This document shows positions 12,750-26,419 of a stretch of 64,000 bases of DNA, piece by piece. The notes under the pieces are model-generated. The model was not told the origin of the DNA and did no database searches. It was given only the letters and a program-made list of their open reading frames with translations. The DNA lies in assembly GCA_051294375.1 (NCBI GenBank), contig CM119263.1:14152414-14216413 (forward strand), given 5' to 3'. Made by a program: the position numbers and the translations under genes. Source of the stretch: Paraspadella gotoi. Lineage: Eukaryota; Animalia; Chaetognatha. The number at the start of each line of letters is the position of its first letter. Position 1 is the stretch's first letter.

Positions 12750-13896
12750 CCTCTTCTCTCTCTCTCTCTCTCCTTCTCCTCTCCTCTCTCTCATCTCTCA
12801 TATCCCTTCTCTCCTCTGCAACGATTCCCGTATCCAAGAGAGCTTCGCCTCCGCCGAGGTTATTTATCGTCGCTAGCAACCGACTCGGCGTTCGTCTCTG
12901 TCGCGTTTCCACGGCGACCGTGTCCGTCTCGTTTCCGTTTTTCGAAGCCAACGCAAACGTTAAACGCGCCAGATTGAAAAGGTAAACGTTTTTGTGTTTC
13001 GAGCTCTTAAGGCTCGAGAGTGGTCGCCGGAGGTAACGGAAAAGGGGGAGAAGGTCAGGGGAGCAATAAATAGGATACTAGGATTTTCAAACATGTATGT
13101 GATGTTTTGATTAAAAAAAAGAATATTCGCTGAAAGAATGACTAAATGGATGGTGCAATTATAGTCACTAAATGCCTAGGAATTAGGCGAGATGGTGGAG
13201 AAGGCAATGAAGAAGACCACGACGAAGTCTTTCTGCTGAAATGGATGCCATTGGATGGTATTTAAATTCAAAAAAATCTAAAATGTATGAATGGTGAATG
13301 TGTGAATGTTAGATAATGAATGACGAGAATCATAATTAATTTTTTATATTAATGTTAATACTAATAGTAGTATACTAATAGTATTACTATGTTCATATCG
13401 TAAGAATGCATTAATTGATAAAGGAATACCAGCGAGTTAAAAATTCAATTAAAAGTAGGTACAAAAGGTTGAACGGAACAGACGAATCGAGCCGAATGAA
13501 TTGAATATTGTGAAAAAAGATCCCGAGCTTCCCCGCTGGTGGTCCGAGCCAAAAAGATTTATACAAACATTAAAACACTCGAAACATGCGAAGTTTTTCC
13601 CATTTAACTTAACTATGGATCGGGTACGACGTGAATATCCTTAATTCACCCCTGCGAAGCAATAACCGATTAAAAACGGTGCTAAACTTCCCGGGGGGTT
13701 ATTCAAAGGAGTTTGAGCGATGTCTAAATTGACGCATTATATCGTTAACAAAGGCTTCGCGGAATAATTTCGAAAAGGAAAAACAATACAATACAGTTTC
13801 TCTATGCCCTTATCGTCCGCGTTGCATTGAAGACTTACGACTGCTTGTGTTGCGGAATAAACTGAGACACACTCTCTCTCTCTCTCTCTCCTCTCT

Positions 13897-13944
<48 letters not shown>

Positions 13945-14081
13945 TCTCTTTCTCTCATTTCCACCATCAACGAAAGCGCAGTTACACTAGCGATTCATGG
14001 CGAACTGAATGAGTGATGCGAAAAATCTCTGGCGTCTTTTCCAATTTCCGGAACGCAAATTCTATCAGAAGAGCTTCTTTT

Positions 14082-14140
<59 letters not shown>

Positions 14141-15883
14141 AGAGAGGGAAGGAGCATATGGTTGACTTTTCCCTCCACTATCTCGTCGCTGATTGGTCAG
14201 CCGCGACTCAGCCGCGGACTTTCCTCGGCGGCGGAGTAGTCCGCTCCTGATTCGCCTCGTCTTCGCCGCGAAGGAAGAGGATTCCCTTCCTTCTCTTTCT
14301 CTCTCTCTCTCTTTCGCTCCTCTTTCGCGCGTCTTCTCACGAATTTCGGAGAAATTTTATTATTCTCATGAAAAATCAATGTCAATAGGTAAATAGAAAT
14401 AAAAAAATTAAAAATAAAATGGATAATTTTACTTTTACCGACGGGAGTTAGTTAGGATTAGAAGGGTTTATGGTTAGGGTAATTCGGTGTAATTTTAAAA
14501 AATGTTTAAATAAATATTTTAAGAGTTTTTCAAAAAACGCCCAAAAACCCCGGTCGGCGAAAGTAAAATTTTAAACAATAAAATTATCGAATTTTTCATA
14601 ATTTTTTATTTTGTATTATTATTTTCTTTGTTCGTCATCGTCAGTCTGGTTTCAAGTTTAACTTTGTCTTTGTCTGGGATGATGACAGTGTTTAGAGAGG
14701 TCGCGTCGATCACACTGCTCGCTTATGCGGGCCAAAAGTAAAAACAAATGTTCCTTCAATAATGTCTCTCCAGACTTACCATTTACTACAGTTATAACAA
14801 AATTAAAGGTGAAAAAAAAGACCACAAAAAATGCTTCAATTATAATACATTTCACTGCTCTTCAAAATAAATTATATTTTCATACGGATTGAGACTTTAA
14901 AAAGATAAACCTTATAAACCATCTTGATGAGGGTTAAAAGATTGTTTATCAAATTGAAATTATCATATTGTGTTGGGAAGCATATTTTACTATTATGCTT
15001 TATTCTTTTTTCACTATAAAAAAATTAGCTAAAGAATGCATTACCACTTATTAAAAGAAATTCTGCAGGTATCTCAACTTAAAAATATTCATTCTTCCTC
15101 AGAATATTTTTTTAAGTTTTTATTTTAGATGTGATTATTGAACCTTGATCCTCATCCTCCTCTTCCCATCCCTCTTCCGAGGAGCCGTACCTTTTTTAGT
15201 CAGTCTTCGCGAGCCTCGAGTTCTACTAACTTCCTTTTTTTCTAATACTATTCGGCCTGGGACTTTTCCTCAATAAAAACATTTATCGTCGCGATATACG
15301 TCTTTTTCTCAGGTAACATTTTTTTTTGCGTGTTCTTTTGCCTTGGTTTTCGTCGGGCTTACACTTTGGTAAATGACTTAGCAGGAATTTAAAGAAGAAA
15401 ATAAGAGAATACGTTTCATGAAATTTTTTTACAACATGTTTTAATTGATATAAAAATCATTTTCAGAGAAAAAACGGACAATAACAAAAAGAGAAAAAGA
15501 CAATAGCTAAAAATAACAATAAGAGTCAAAGCGAATTCTAGGCTGTCAGTTAACTATTTGGACTTGTTGTCACACAAACATGTGTAACATTTAAAAAAGC
15601 AACCGAGAAAATAATAAAAATAGAAAAAGCAAAAACTTTAGAGAGAGAATGAGATAAAAAGAAGCCTGAGGGTATTTTCGCGGAAATCTTTTCGCACCCT
15701 AGACCGCGACAACTCGACCGTCGGTAGCAGGAAAAGGAAGGGATCTCGCTCATTAATTCGAGAGGTACCGACGCGGATGACCTCCGACTTTCGGACCGGC
15801 GGTAAAGAGAGTGAGGACGGAAGGATAGAGGAAGCCTTTTGGTCGCCCCCGCGGCTCGGTCGATTTGTAACCAACCCCATGAA

Positions 15884-15926
<43 letters not shown>

Positions 15927-17015
15927 AAGAAAGGGGCAAAACATTTGAAGGAAGGCCCTTTTTTGGTTGGAGGGATTGAGACAAAATATTGTTAAACATT
16001 GTTAAATCCCGATCTTTTTAATGTGTCGTGAAAACTTAGTCTTACTAGCTCCCCCACTTCTAAAAACAAAATCGGTAATTTCATACGACACATTGGGAAA
16101 CATTTCAGTTGCCAAACCTAAATTGAATTTGGCCACAAAATTCAACTCGTAACGTAATAGTAATCCGTCAAAAGTGACTTTTGAAGAAAAAACATTTTTA
16201 TTTAAAACTAAAATGAAAAAGAAATAAAACGAAAAGAAGAATTTCCCTTCACTAAAAACGTAGAAAAAAAAGTTTAATCGAAAAAGGACACGAAAGCTTC
16301 AGACTCGGGGGCTCATAATTCATCGTCGTCGTCTTTATTGTCTTGGTCGTCGCCGTCATCGTCGTCTTCTTGAGTGTCATCATCGTCTGAGTCATCGTCA
16401 TCGTCGTTCACTTTGTCGTCCTCTTTCTCTTTTCTCGTTATTGTCTCTGTATTTCTTGTGAAAATTGTCTTCATTGTTGTCATTTTTGTTGTCATTTTTG
16501 TTGTCGTTTTCAAAGAGATTGTCGTTGTCATCGTTTGTCGTTAAATCGTCGTCCCTGAATTACTCGCCGCAGCCATTGGACGTGGACGTGGACCCTCATT
16601 AGCTTACCACCTGCCCCTGCCCAAAACCTAGCCCCAGACCTGGGCCAACCCGAGCCCCAACCAAAGTCCAGCCTCATTCCCAATCGCGACCCAAGCCTAC
16701 TCCCCTGCTTCAGATCCAGTTTGGTCCTCCCGAGGCCCGACTCTCTCGCCTTGCCTGTTCCCAGATTTCATATTTCTCTCGACGGGACCGATCTGAGGGT
16801 CTGACGTTCGATCCTCAAGTTTGACGTTCAATCGATCACGCTGCCGCAGTTGCCGCTTCAGCCGCGGTCGCGGCCGCAGTCGCCGCTGCCGAAGACGCCT
16901 TCGATGCCGACGCCGAGTCGTTTGTTTTCAATTAGAGGAGGTTACGTTATTAATGATATATTTAAAACGTTGACAGTTCCCTTTTTTTTAGTCTCTTCTA
17001 AGGACAAAGAATTTA

Positions 17016-17131
<116 letters not shown>

Positions 17132-17588
17132 TTATCTAAACCGCCAAGAGCGTCCTCTAACGGGTCAGACGTAGACATAGATTTATGTGAAATGATCAGA
17201 GAAAGTGAACGTTTGTTTTTCGAGTTCAAGATATTATTCTCGCATTAACCTTCTTTCGAACCTTAACTGTACTCGCTTATACTTACCAAAATTGATTTTA
17301 TTTTCCCGCGCGATTCTGATTACTTGACTGCTTCGAAATCCTTGCTATTGTTCGTCAGATCACTCCTCTAAACAGCTCCAGCGCAGCGCTTCCACTAAGC
17401 TCCCCATCGTGCTTCTTAAAATTTTGTTTATTTTATGAACATTGTTTTTTTTTTTTCGTAAAGTCCTCCCCGAGGATGTTTATGCCCGGACGCCAGGGTT
17501 TGGCCACAATCCAAAGAGGCCATGGAGCATTCTGACATTCTGAGAGAGAAAGAAAAAAGGGTGAGAGAGAATGATGAGAGGAGAGAGA

Positions 17589-17629
<41 letters not shown>

Positions 17630-17714
17630 TACGGAGTCGTCTGAGCTTCTCTCCCCGTCGCCATTCCATCATCCATTGTTCTCCCAGGACTTTGAGCAAT
17701 ACGTCCCCTTTCGC

Positions 17715-17723
17715 CTATAAATA
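17715..17723 (+). promoter_or_regulatory. Possible TATA box
   Basis: CTATAAATA embedded in GC-rich flanks (cgcCTATAAATAgtccgg); no downstream gene identified. Confidence 0.2.
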
Positions 17724-18749
17724 GTCCGGTGGCAGGGGGACTCTCTCTCGTTTCTATGCCAAATGTGTTTTTCATTTTCTTGGCATCCATTTTTTTTTTC
17801 ATTTCCGTGGCTTCCTGTTCAGATTTGTTTTCGTTGCGAACATGTTCAACTTGGACTTGGGACTTTTTTGAAGATTACCTGATTTTTGATTTATTTGAAT
17901 TATTGAACTCTTAAAAATCCAACTAGTTGCTTCTTTGTTGGACCGTAAGGACCGGCCTGATGCCCGTTCGAAAGCTAAACGTTTGATCCCGCCCCAGCAA
18001 CTTTAAAAATTTTAGTTTTCTTCATTAAATTCTGTAGAAAGTCTGGCCTCGGTAGCTCGAACGCGGAATAACTCCGCTACTTAAATTTTCATACAACACA
18101 TTTTAAGTATAATATCTTACATATCTTTCATATCATTTCTTACTTTTTTAAGAATGTTTTGAAGTCGAAGAAAAACAAGCATCAAACCGAAATAGACAAT
18201 GCAAATGAATAAAATGATAATTTTAATTAGCGTAAAATATGAAAACAAGTTGATGAGGTCAAAAAGATCTCAAATCAAGAGGACAATGAAGTCGTAATTA
18301 GGTTTTTAGAATTTTTAACGAACAGATCTTCAAGTCAAGCAAGTTTTTTTTTTTTAATTTAAGATTATAAAAAACGAAGCGAAAATTACCTTCCTCCTCG
18401 TAAATATATTTTTTAAAAAATGAAAAAGAATGAAGACAGCGAAAACTAAGGCTGCGAAAGATACTTGTCACATAATAACAACCTAAAACAGAGGCGACCA
18501 CCGACGACACAGACGACGACGACGACGACGACGACGACATCGAAAACAATATAACAACTCTGACGATGATGTTCTTCTTCCGCGGAGGCGGGACGCCGTG
18601 TTGTTTTCCCCGCGCTACGACCGGTTTGATGCGTCGGCCAAAGACTTTTATACTCCCTCATTGATTGGAGGCCTGTTTAACAGTCCCCTTAAACATGGCT
18701 TTTATGCGAGGCTCGACAGTTATGGACGAACAGCGCCAGCCCCGGGGAG

Positions 18750-18845
<96 letters not shown>

Positions 18846-19924
18846 ACGAAGCACTCGAAAGAGAGAAAAAAGGGGGAGAATCCGAGAATGAATGTGAATT
18901 AAAACAATTACGTTGGCAATATATGTAACATTAGCGATAAGTAAGAGAAGTTAACGGTTTTCCCCGGCGATCGTAGTAAATCCCTTCCGTGTCGGAAGAA
19001 ATAGAAATTAATTAATCGAGGGATCGTTAAAACGCAGCGACGATTCGTTCGAACCCGGGGTGGCCGAGAGAAGACAAACAGTTATGACTCGGGGTGGCGG
19101 AGAGATGAAGATTAAATTTATTAATGAGGAATAACTTTTTTAAATGGAAAGATACCGATCACAAAAGCATCGAGGGTTGAAGTTTATGATTGAGAAAATT
19201 ATAAATTATCAACTATATTCACATATGAGGTAGTTGCAGAATTTTTTACTCATCGTACTAAAATTTTCGGTTGATAAATGTTATTCCTTACCCTCTATTT
19301 TCATTTCTCTCTCTAACGATTTTCGGTTTATCGTCCTCATCTAAGTTAATTTAGCCGTCTTTTTTTGGTTTGCTTAATAATTTTACCGGTCTTTTGGTTG
19401 GCCGTAGTCGATTTTTAGAAAAAGAGAGAGAGAGATCGGTATTCAATGTAATTATTAAATGTATATTGTACAATTGATTTAAAGTTATGAGGCCTATGTA
19501 ATATGAAAGTGAGTGATTTAACATCGAAGACAAAAAAAAGAAACGATCTTCGTGTCGGACGAAAATTGGCCAGAATTTTGAGACGCCTGTGAAGTAGGAA
19601 GGAAGGTGTCTAAATCGTTGAAATATCACCACAACCAATTTTTTTTTAAGTTCAAATAAAAAGAAATAAAAAATTGAAATTCTACCAACATTTCCCCCTT
19701 TTTTTCCTTTTTTTTTAAATTTCGGCCACTTTGTCATCGTCCATCATCATCGTCTTCCATCTTTATTGTCATCCGTCATCATCATCGTCAGTCAACCTCC
19801 GCCGAATTCGTGTCGCCATCGAGGAAAAAAAAGCCTTTTTCCTATCCGCTCCAAGTTTGAGCCCGAAGTGTAAAAAAAAGCTACTAGTTCTTAAGCTATC
19901 GTCAACTTTTTAGTAGAGACTCAT

Positions 19925-20003
19925 TGTCTAGTCTCAATGTCTAGTGTCTAGTCTCAATGTCTAGTGTCTAGTCTCAATGTCTAGTGTCTAGTCTCAATGT
20001 CTA
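19925..20003. repeat. 20-bp tandem repeat (TGTCTAGTCTCAATGTCTAG)x~4
   Basis: Almost four exact copies read directly. Confidence 0.95.
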
Positions 20004-20488
20004 CTCAGAGGCACCTAAACATCGTTTTTCATTCCCTTTGATAATATTTTTTTTCCGATTCATATCGTATAAAAAAATGGGGAGTTTTTTTGCGCCCTTT
20101 TTCCGTGGTCAAAATAGGGTTATCGAAAAGGTCAGCCCCGACAAAAACCCTCTTGATGGAGAAAGGTCAAATCGAAGAGAAAAACGGGAAAAGGTCAAAA
20201 TGAGTCGATAAACCACAATTTTTTGGTGCAAAAAAAAAAGAAGGGGGAAAAATAGAACTTTTTGTGAGCTTTTTTCGGAAGCAGGATCATTAAGTATATT
20301 ATATAAGTGACATTTTATAGTCTTCACTCCGAATTATCCATTAGTTCCAAGTTGAATCCGGTTTTCACGAAGTCGATTCAAATACACGAGAATACGTCCA
20401 TGAAAATCATATCTCTCCTCTTCTCACTCCCTCTCTCTGCTTTCCTCTCTCTTCTTCCTTCTCTCCTCTCCTCCTCTCTCTCTCCTCT

Positions 20489-20520
<32 letters not shown>

Positions 20521-20946
20521 TCTCTCCTTCTCGCTCGCTCTTCCCTCTTTCTCCTTCTCTCTCTCTCGTCTTAACTGAGCTGACCATGGCGTCACCTGAT
20601 AAACAAACAGCAGCGAAAGTCGAATGTCATACTTGACGAGGGCAAACAGCAAGCAGAGATATCAGCGGACGAAGTCAACGCCAAAATTAATTACTATACT
20701 AATAGTTACTATACCTATTCAAAAGTACGTTCATTACGCTTACCGTTACTCTAAACATTCATCTGACTCTCAATCGCTCACAGGGACTTTTGCGGAAGGA
20801 AAGAAAGCAAGCGGACATCGCTGACTGACGGTGCAGTGTGCAAACACTTTGTTCAAACTGACAAGTCTCCTTTTGGTGATTTGACACGACCGTCAACTTC
20901 CTCGTTCGAGTTTATAACATCGACGACAAAACTTTGACATCTTTGA

Positions 20947-20977
<31 letters not shown>

Positions 20978-22955
20978 ATTGTCACCGTCTTCGTCGTCAT
21001 AGCAGACAGACCACCCGCCAAAGTTTATCCACTATCATCGCGGCTGTGACTCTCAATCATCATCAACATCATCATCATCATCATCATCAACGTCGTCATC
21101 ATCATCATCATCATCATCATTATCATCACAGACGTCGTCGTTGTTGCTACCGTAATAATCCTTTTTAAAAAGTGAACAACCAAGTAATATATAACTGATA
21201 TGTTTCATTAAGCGAATTTCTTCTTTAAGACAAGTATAAAAGAACAAACAAACAAAGGCGGCGCGGCGATTGAGATGTGATTCTGAACAGATTAGACCCA
21301 AATCAGTGATTTTCGTCAGATTCGTGGGAGAATTACCTCTTGGATGAAGATTGGTCAGTGAGTGATTAGTTTGGTGACAGAAATCACTGCTCCGTGCGAA
21401 TAAATCACCGGATGAGCAGAAATTACGAAAACTTTCTTATCGTTATTCATTAGAATTAGAATTAGAATTAGAATTAAGTGAAATTGTTTGTTTTGCTGGC
21501 AGCCAACGAAAATAAAAACAAATTCGTCGTCTGTCAGCAAAACAAACAATTTCATTTAATTCTAACTTTACTCTCAAAGTTTTTTTTTTCTGTTCGGTAT
21601 TCACCATAAAAGTTACGTTTGCTGTTTGTTTTAAAAACGGTAATTCACTTCCTAGTGTAAATGTATGTATGTATGTTGTTTGGTATTTACTTTTCACTGA
21701 GATAAAATCGGAAAAATTATATTCATTTTTTTTTCGACTACATCTTTTAAAGGTAAGAAAAAATTATGGCGCCAAGTTCCGATTTAAAATGATTTTGAAA
21801 TTCAAAAAAAGAATTTTTTTTCATAAAATGTGTTCGTCTTGGAATTTTTGTATCGAAATTTTTCTGGTCTCAACAGAAAAGACGCAAAGATGTAGATGCA
21901 GAGATGGAGTCCGATGTTTGCAGACATTCCCTCCACTTTTTGGATCAATGGAATCCGAAATTCCATGAAAAAAAATGTAAAAAGTAAATATAAAATAACT
22001 GCACCCATTATTTTTTTTCACCTTTATTCGATATATGCTTTGTCTTTCTCGTCATGTCTGAATTTCTTTTTATTTTATTTTCTGATTTCTTTCTTCCTTC
22101 ATTACCCCCCCCCCCAAAAAAAAATATCCAACAAAAAAATCGCAATATTAAACAGAAACTAAAACGTCAAAAATAACAACAACAACAACGATCCACAACC
22201 ACAACAACCTCAAATCGCCAACGAAGTTTTTCGAAATAAAAAAAAAGTGGATCGAATCTGACGCAAAGTTGATGGATCGAGACAGAGATCGAGCCGGCTG
22301 CCGCCGCCCGCCGCCGCCCGCCGCCCCGCTGCGCTTTTCGCTTATATTCGCCCTCGGCTTTTTTTTTTTAGTGGGGGGAGGGAAGGTTTCGTTTCTTGAT
22401 CGATCGGGATTTCGGAGCCGCTAGACTCAGGGCTTCTTACATTGTTTGACATGGTTTGACATGGTTGACTTTTCATGGACTTTTGCCGCGGTGACGGTCG
22501 GAGCGGCGGTCGGAGCGGCGAACGGAGCGGCGGCCGAGACGCCGCGATGATGGATCTATCATTTTCCTTTTCATTTTGTTTCAATCGGTTTTCCGAACGA
22601 CGACAACAACGAGGAAGACGACGACGACGACAATAAAAACCACACAAACTTTTTCCTAAAATAAATTTAGACATTTCTGTAACAGAGCGTTCATCTAAGT
22701 ATTGAAAATTTAATGTATGTAATAAAATAATCTACCTAATATTTTGAAATCATGGACCTTTAATATTGCTATTAATCCTACTTTAATTTAAGCAGTATGA
22801 ATGAAATTCCGGCGATGAGAGATTTTTGCCTCTTACAAGTCTGATATCAACTACGGCCTTCTTTTCGAATTATTTTCGTGATGGGACTGTTCCATTGAGC
22901 GACTCTTCATTATCTCCTCCGGAAAGAACTCCATTCTCGGTCGTCGGAGGCGAGA

Positions 22956-22995
<40 letters not shown>

Positions 22996-23583
22996 ACCCG
23001 AATTCCCTCGTCGCACCATGACGTCTTCGAGCTCGATGCTCCGCACCATATTTAGGGAAGGGCGACAAAGATAAACAATTTTCTCTTCTCATTTCGACGT
23101 CCCTCTTTTTTTTCTCCTCCATTTTTTATCCTTCTTTTCTCCCTTTAATTTTTTTTTCAGAATTCATTATTCCGTCGACGTCAGCGCTAATCGCCGAAAC
23201 GAAAACGAAATTGGCGTAACTTTGCGGTCTTTTGTTATTCTTCGTCATCGTCGACGACGATGTGGACGACGACGTCGATGACGAAAACACCTTTTGATCA
23301 TCGCGCCCGGCGACGTCTCCGGTCTCCAGTCTCACTCCCCCCCCCAAACAATAACTCGACTCGACTTACTTTACCTCAACTTACCCGCGACCATCCGCGA
23401 CATTTTCGACCTCACTCTACTCGGAAATGCTTCGCGCTCTCGTACACCTGTACAAATGAACAATTCGACTAAGTTGGAGAATTAAATCCTAAATCGTTTG
23501 CCTTGTACTGCCGCCGGAGACGATGACGACGACGACGACGACGACGAACTACTTGTCTTTAATGAATTGAAGCGGAATTGAAT

Positions 23584-23618
<35 letters not shown>

Positions 23619-24000
23619 CAAAGCGACGTCGACGAATAAGAAAAACAAGAAAACGGGAAAAGTAAACAAAAACGACGTCGGAAGAATTGTCGTGCGGCCA
23701 CTAAAAACTAAGTTGATTAAAAATCGTTCAGCCTCGTTTTTCGCGTTTTTGAGTTTCTCAATTTTCTGGCAAATAAAATTAATAATGAAAAGAACGAAAG
23801 AAGGAGCTAAAAAAAATACGAGGGTGGAAAAGAAAAAAAAATAATTGAGGGAAAGAAGGGAAAAGGATGAACCGAATAAAAGGAGAGGAAGTAAGTTAGT
23901 AAAAAAAAAACGTGAAAGAAAGAACTTTAGAAAGAAATATAGTCAAAAAGAAAGCAAGAAATAAGCAAAGAACAGAAAGAAAAACCATAAGAAAAAAAAT

Positions 24001-24026
24001 GAAAGAAAGAAAGAAAGAAAGAAAAA

Positions 24027-24110
<84 letters not shown>

Positions 24111-24120
24111 AGGAAGGAAG
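24001..24120. repeat. (AAAG)n microsatellite
   Basis: Direct reading. Confidence 0.95.
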
Positions 24121-24720
24121 AAATGGACAAAAACAAGGGAGGAGAAAAAATCCTGTGAAGATGCATCTGTCCATCCTGTGAAGATGCCATCCACCTGGAA
24201 TTTTTCGCAGATTTTTTTTTTGTCAAAAGAACGGGAGGAGCTCTTTGTCTCTTTTTTAAAAAAAAAAATCTTTATCGGATTAGCAAAATCCGGTTTCCAC
24301 TGTATAAAATGGAAAAAGAGGGAAAACAATTAAACCTTTTCGTCAGCGACGAATTTTTTTGCCAAAGTTGGGGCGAGATTCCAGCGAAAAAAGAATTCCA
24401 GAGAAAATAGCAGAGAAATCCCCCGGGAGAGAGAGAGATTCTGTCCAAAAACCCATGTTCTTCTCGAAGGATGAAAAGAAAATGTAGTTTACTTGGTTTT
24501 TATCCAAGCTTCCGATTGGCCGACTAAACAGAATTCTTTTCCCTGATTGGCTCGTCGGCATCGAGAAACATCTTTGGCCGCCCTCCGAAATCCCTTACCC
24601 GCTCTCACTCCTGCCACCCCCCTAATCAGTACTTAAGCCTCAAGGCGGGTGTAGTTAGCTGGAAATAATTGCGAAAGGAAAACCTCATTGTAACCCGGTA
24701 GAGAAAAACTACTTCAGAAC

Positions 24721-24843
<123 letters not shown>

Positions 24844-26327
24844 TCCCAGATTCTGTTTTCATTTTCTTTCGGGAGATGATGAAGTGAATGATCTTGAGAA
24901 ATCGCACGAAATGTACTTGTATTTATTTTTTGAAAATATTTTTATTCTTACTACTTCCCTTGTGTGGTGTTCGGTTAAAGGGCGAACACTAATAACAAGA
25001 GCGGGCGGGATAATAGAAAAAAGTGAAGGAAATTAAAAAATAAATGAGTTGTTTTAAAAAACTTGACGAATTCAACCATAAAAAGAAAATCAATTAAGAA
25101 TTATAAAAGTCCTTTTCCATAAGAAAGATTCATTTTTTCTATTTTTTTTTTCATTATTGTAAAATATTGTCGTCGTCGTTGTTTTCTTCGTCGTCGTTCT
25201 CGTCAACTCGGTCGGTTTTTTTTTTCGGACGAAACCTCAATTTTAGTCCAAATTCGCGATTAAGTCAACAACAAACAAACCAGAAAAAGAAAGAAGAAAA
25301 GAAAAAGAAAAAAAAAGGATTTCTCGTCGCCTGACGAAGAATCTTCTTCCGGCGAAACCATAGGGAGGTGAGCGAAGTTGGAGGGCGAAGGTAAGGTGAG
25401 GATGGTGAGTGGCGAAACGGGGGTGAGTGCTAGTGGTGCTGAGTGTTATACGGGGAAGGAGGTGAGTGGTGAGACGGGGAAGGATGGTGAGTGGTAGTAG
25501 TATATATATATATATATACCCTATACTACTGTGGTGGTAAGACTCGGTGTGGGTAAAAAGCGGTGGATAATAAACGTAGTTAAGTTAAGTGGTGTATTCT
25601 TAATAATGTTTAATATCGATTATAACAAAATAGCTTATTTATTATATGAATGAATAATTTTTATATGGTTGCTCAATTTATATTATGCAATATACTTATT
25701 ATATAGCATGCATTAAATACGTTAAGAAAAAAGCATTATTGTGAGCCTAAATGTGATCTCAGTGCCAAGGGACAAGTGGTCTCTGCCAAGTTGTGGCAAT
25801 GGCGGTGAAGTCCATTCGGATTGTGAAAGGTAAGTCTTAACTGGCACAGGAATTTAGATAACCCACTTTTATGATATCAAGAGGCCACACCGTATTTTCC
25901 TCCCGTTTAAACGTCACATTTTCTCTCTCCTCTCTCTCTCTCTCTCTCATATAAAGAAAGGGCGTCAAGTGTGCTATCACAGGTTTTATCGCCGATGTTT
26001 CGTTTCACCCAAAATTTTTCCCTCCCCCCCCCCCCTCCCCCTTTCCCCTCCCCTCCCCCTCGATCCAAACTCGAGATTTTCCAAGTCTTTTGTTTGTCCA
26101 CCGAATTTCGGAAGGAAGATCCCGGGATTTTATCTCTTTGTTTTCCTTTCCTCTTCCTTTTCTATTTCATTTTCATCGATTTTTTGGGGGGAATTTTATT
26201 TCAGTAACATTATTTAGGATCCGAAGATTGTCTGTCAATATGCTATTTTTATTCATACTTACAAGTTGTATTGAAGACTGAAAATAATAAATACAGTCAC
26301 ATGAAACAAATCTCTTATCTTACTCTG

Positions 26328-26328
26328 T

Positions 26329-26419
<91 letters not shown>

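Noticed and set aside
14672-14774. Possible C/D snoRNA (ATGATGA after a GTCTGG...CCAGAC terminal stem)
   Set aside because: No D box (CTGA) next to the 3' stem.
16605-16720. Pro-rich (XP)n reading with 6-nt periodicity
   Set aside because: Degenerate C-rich hexamer satellite with no start or splice support and no homology I can recognise.
17957-17973. Hammerhead-like CTGATG...CGAAA (also CTGACGA...GAAA at ~25331-25358 and CTGATGAAAC on the minus strand at ~484-493)
   Set aside because: Core incomplete or no stem II; flanking stems I/III cannot be formed.
19226-19234. let-7 5' match TGAGGTAGT
   Set aside because: Only 9 nt match; the rest of let-7 and a precursor hairpin are absent.
21450-21476. 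(TTAGAA)n telomere-like repeat; also degenerate TTAGG-like bases near 14447-14480
   Set aside because: Only ~4 copies of a non-canonical hexamer; ordinary microsatellite.
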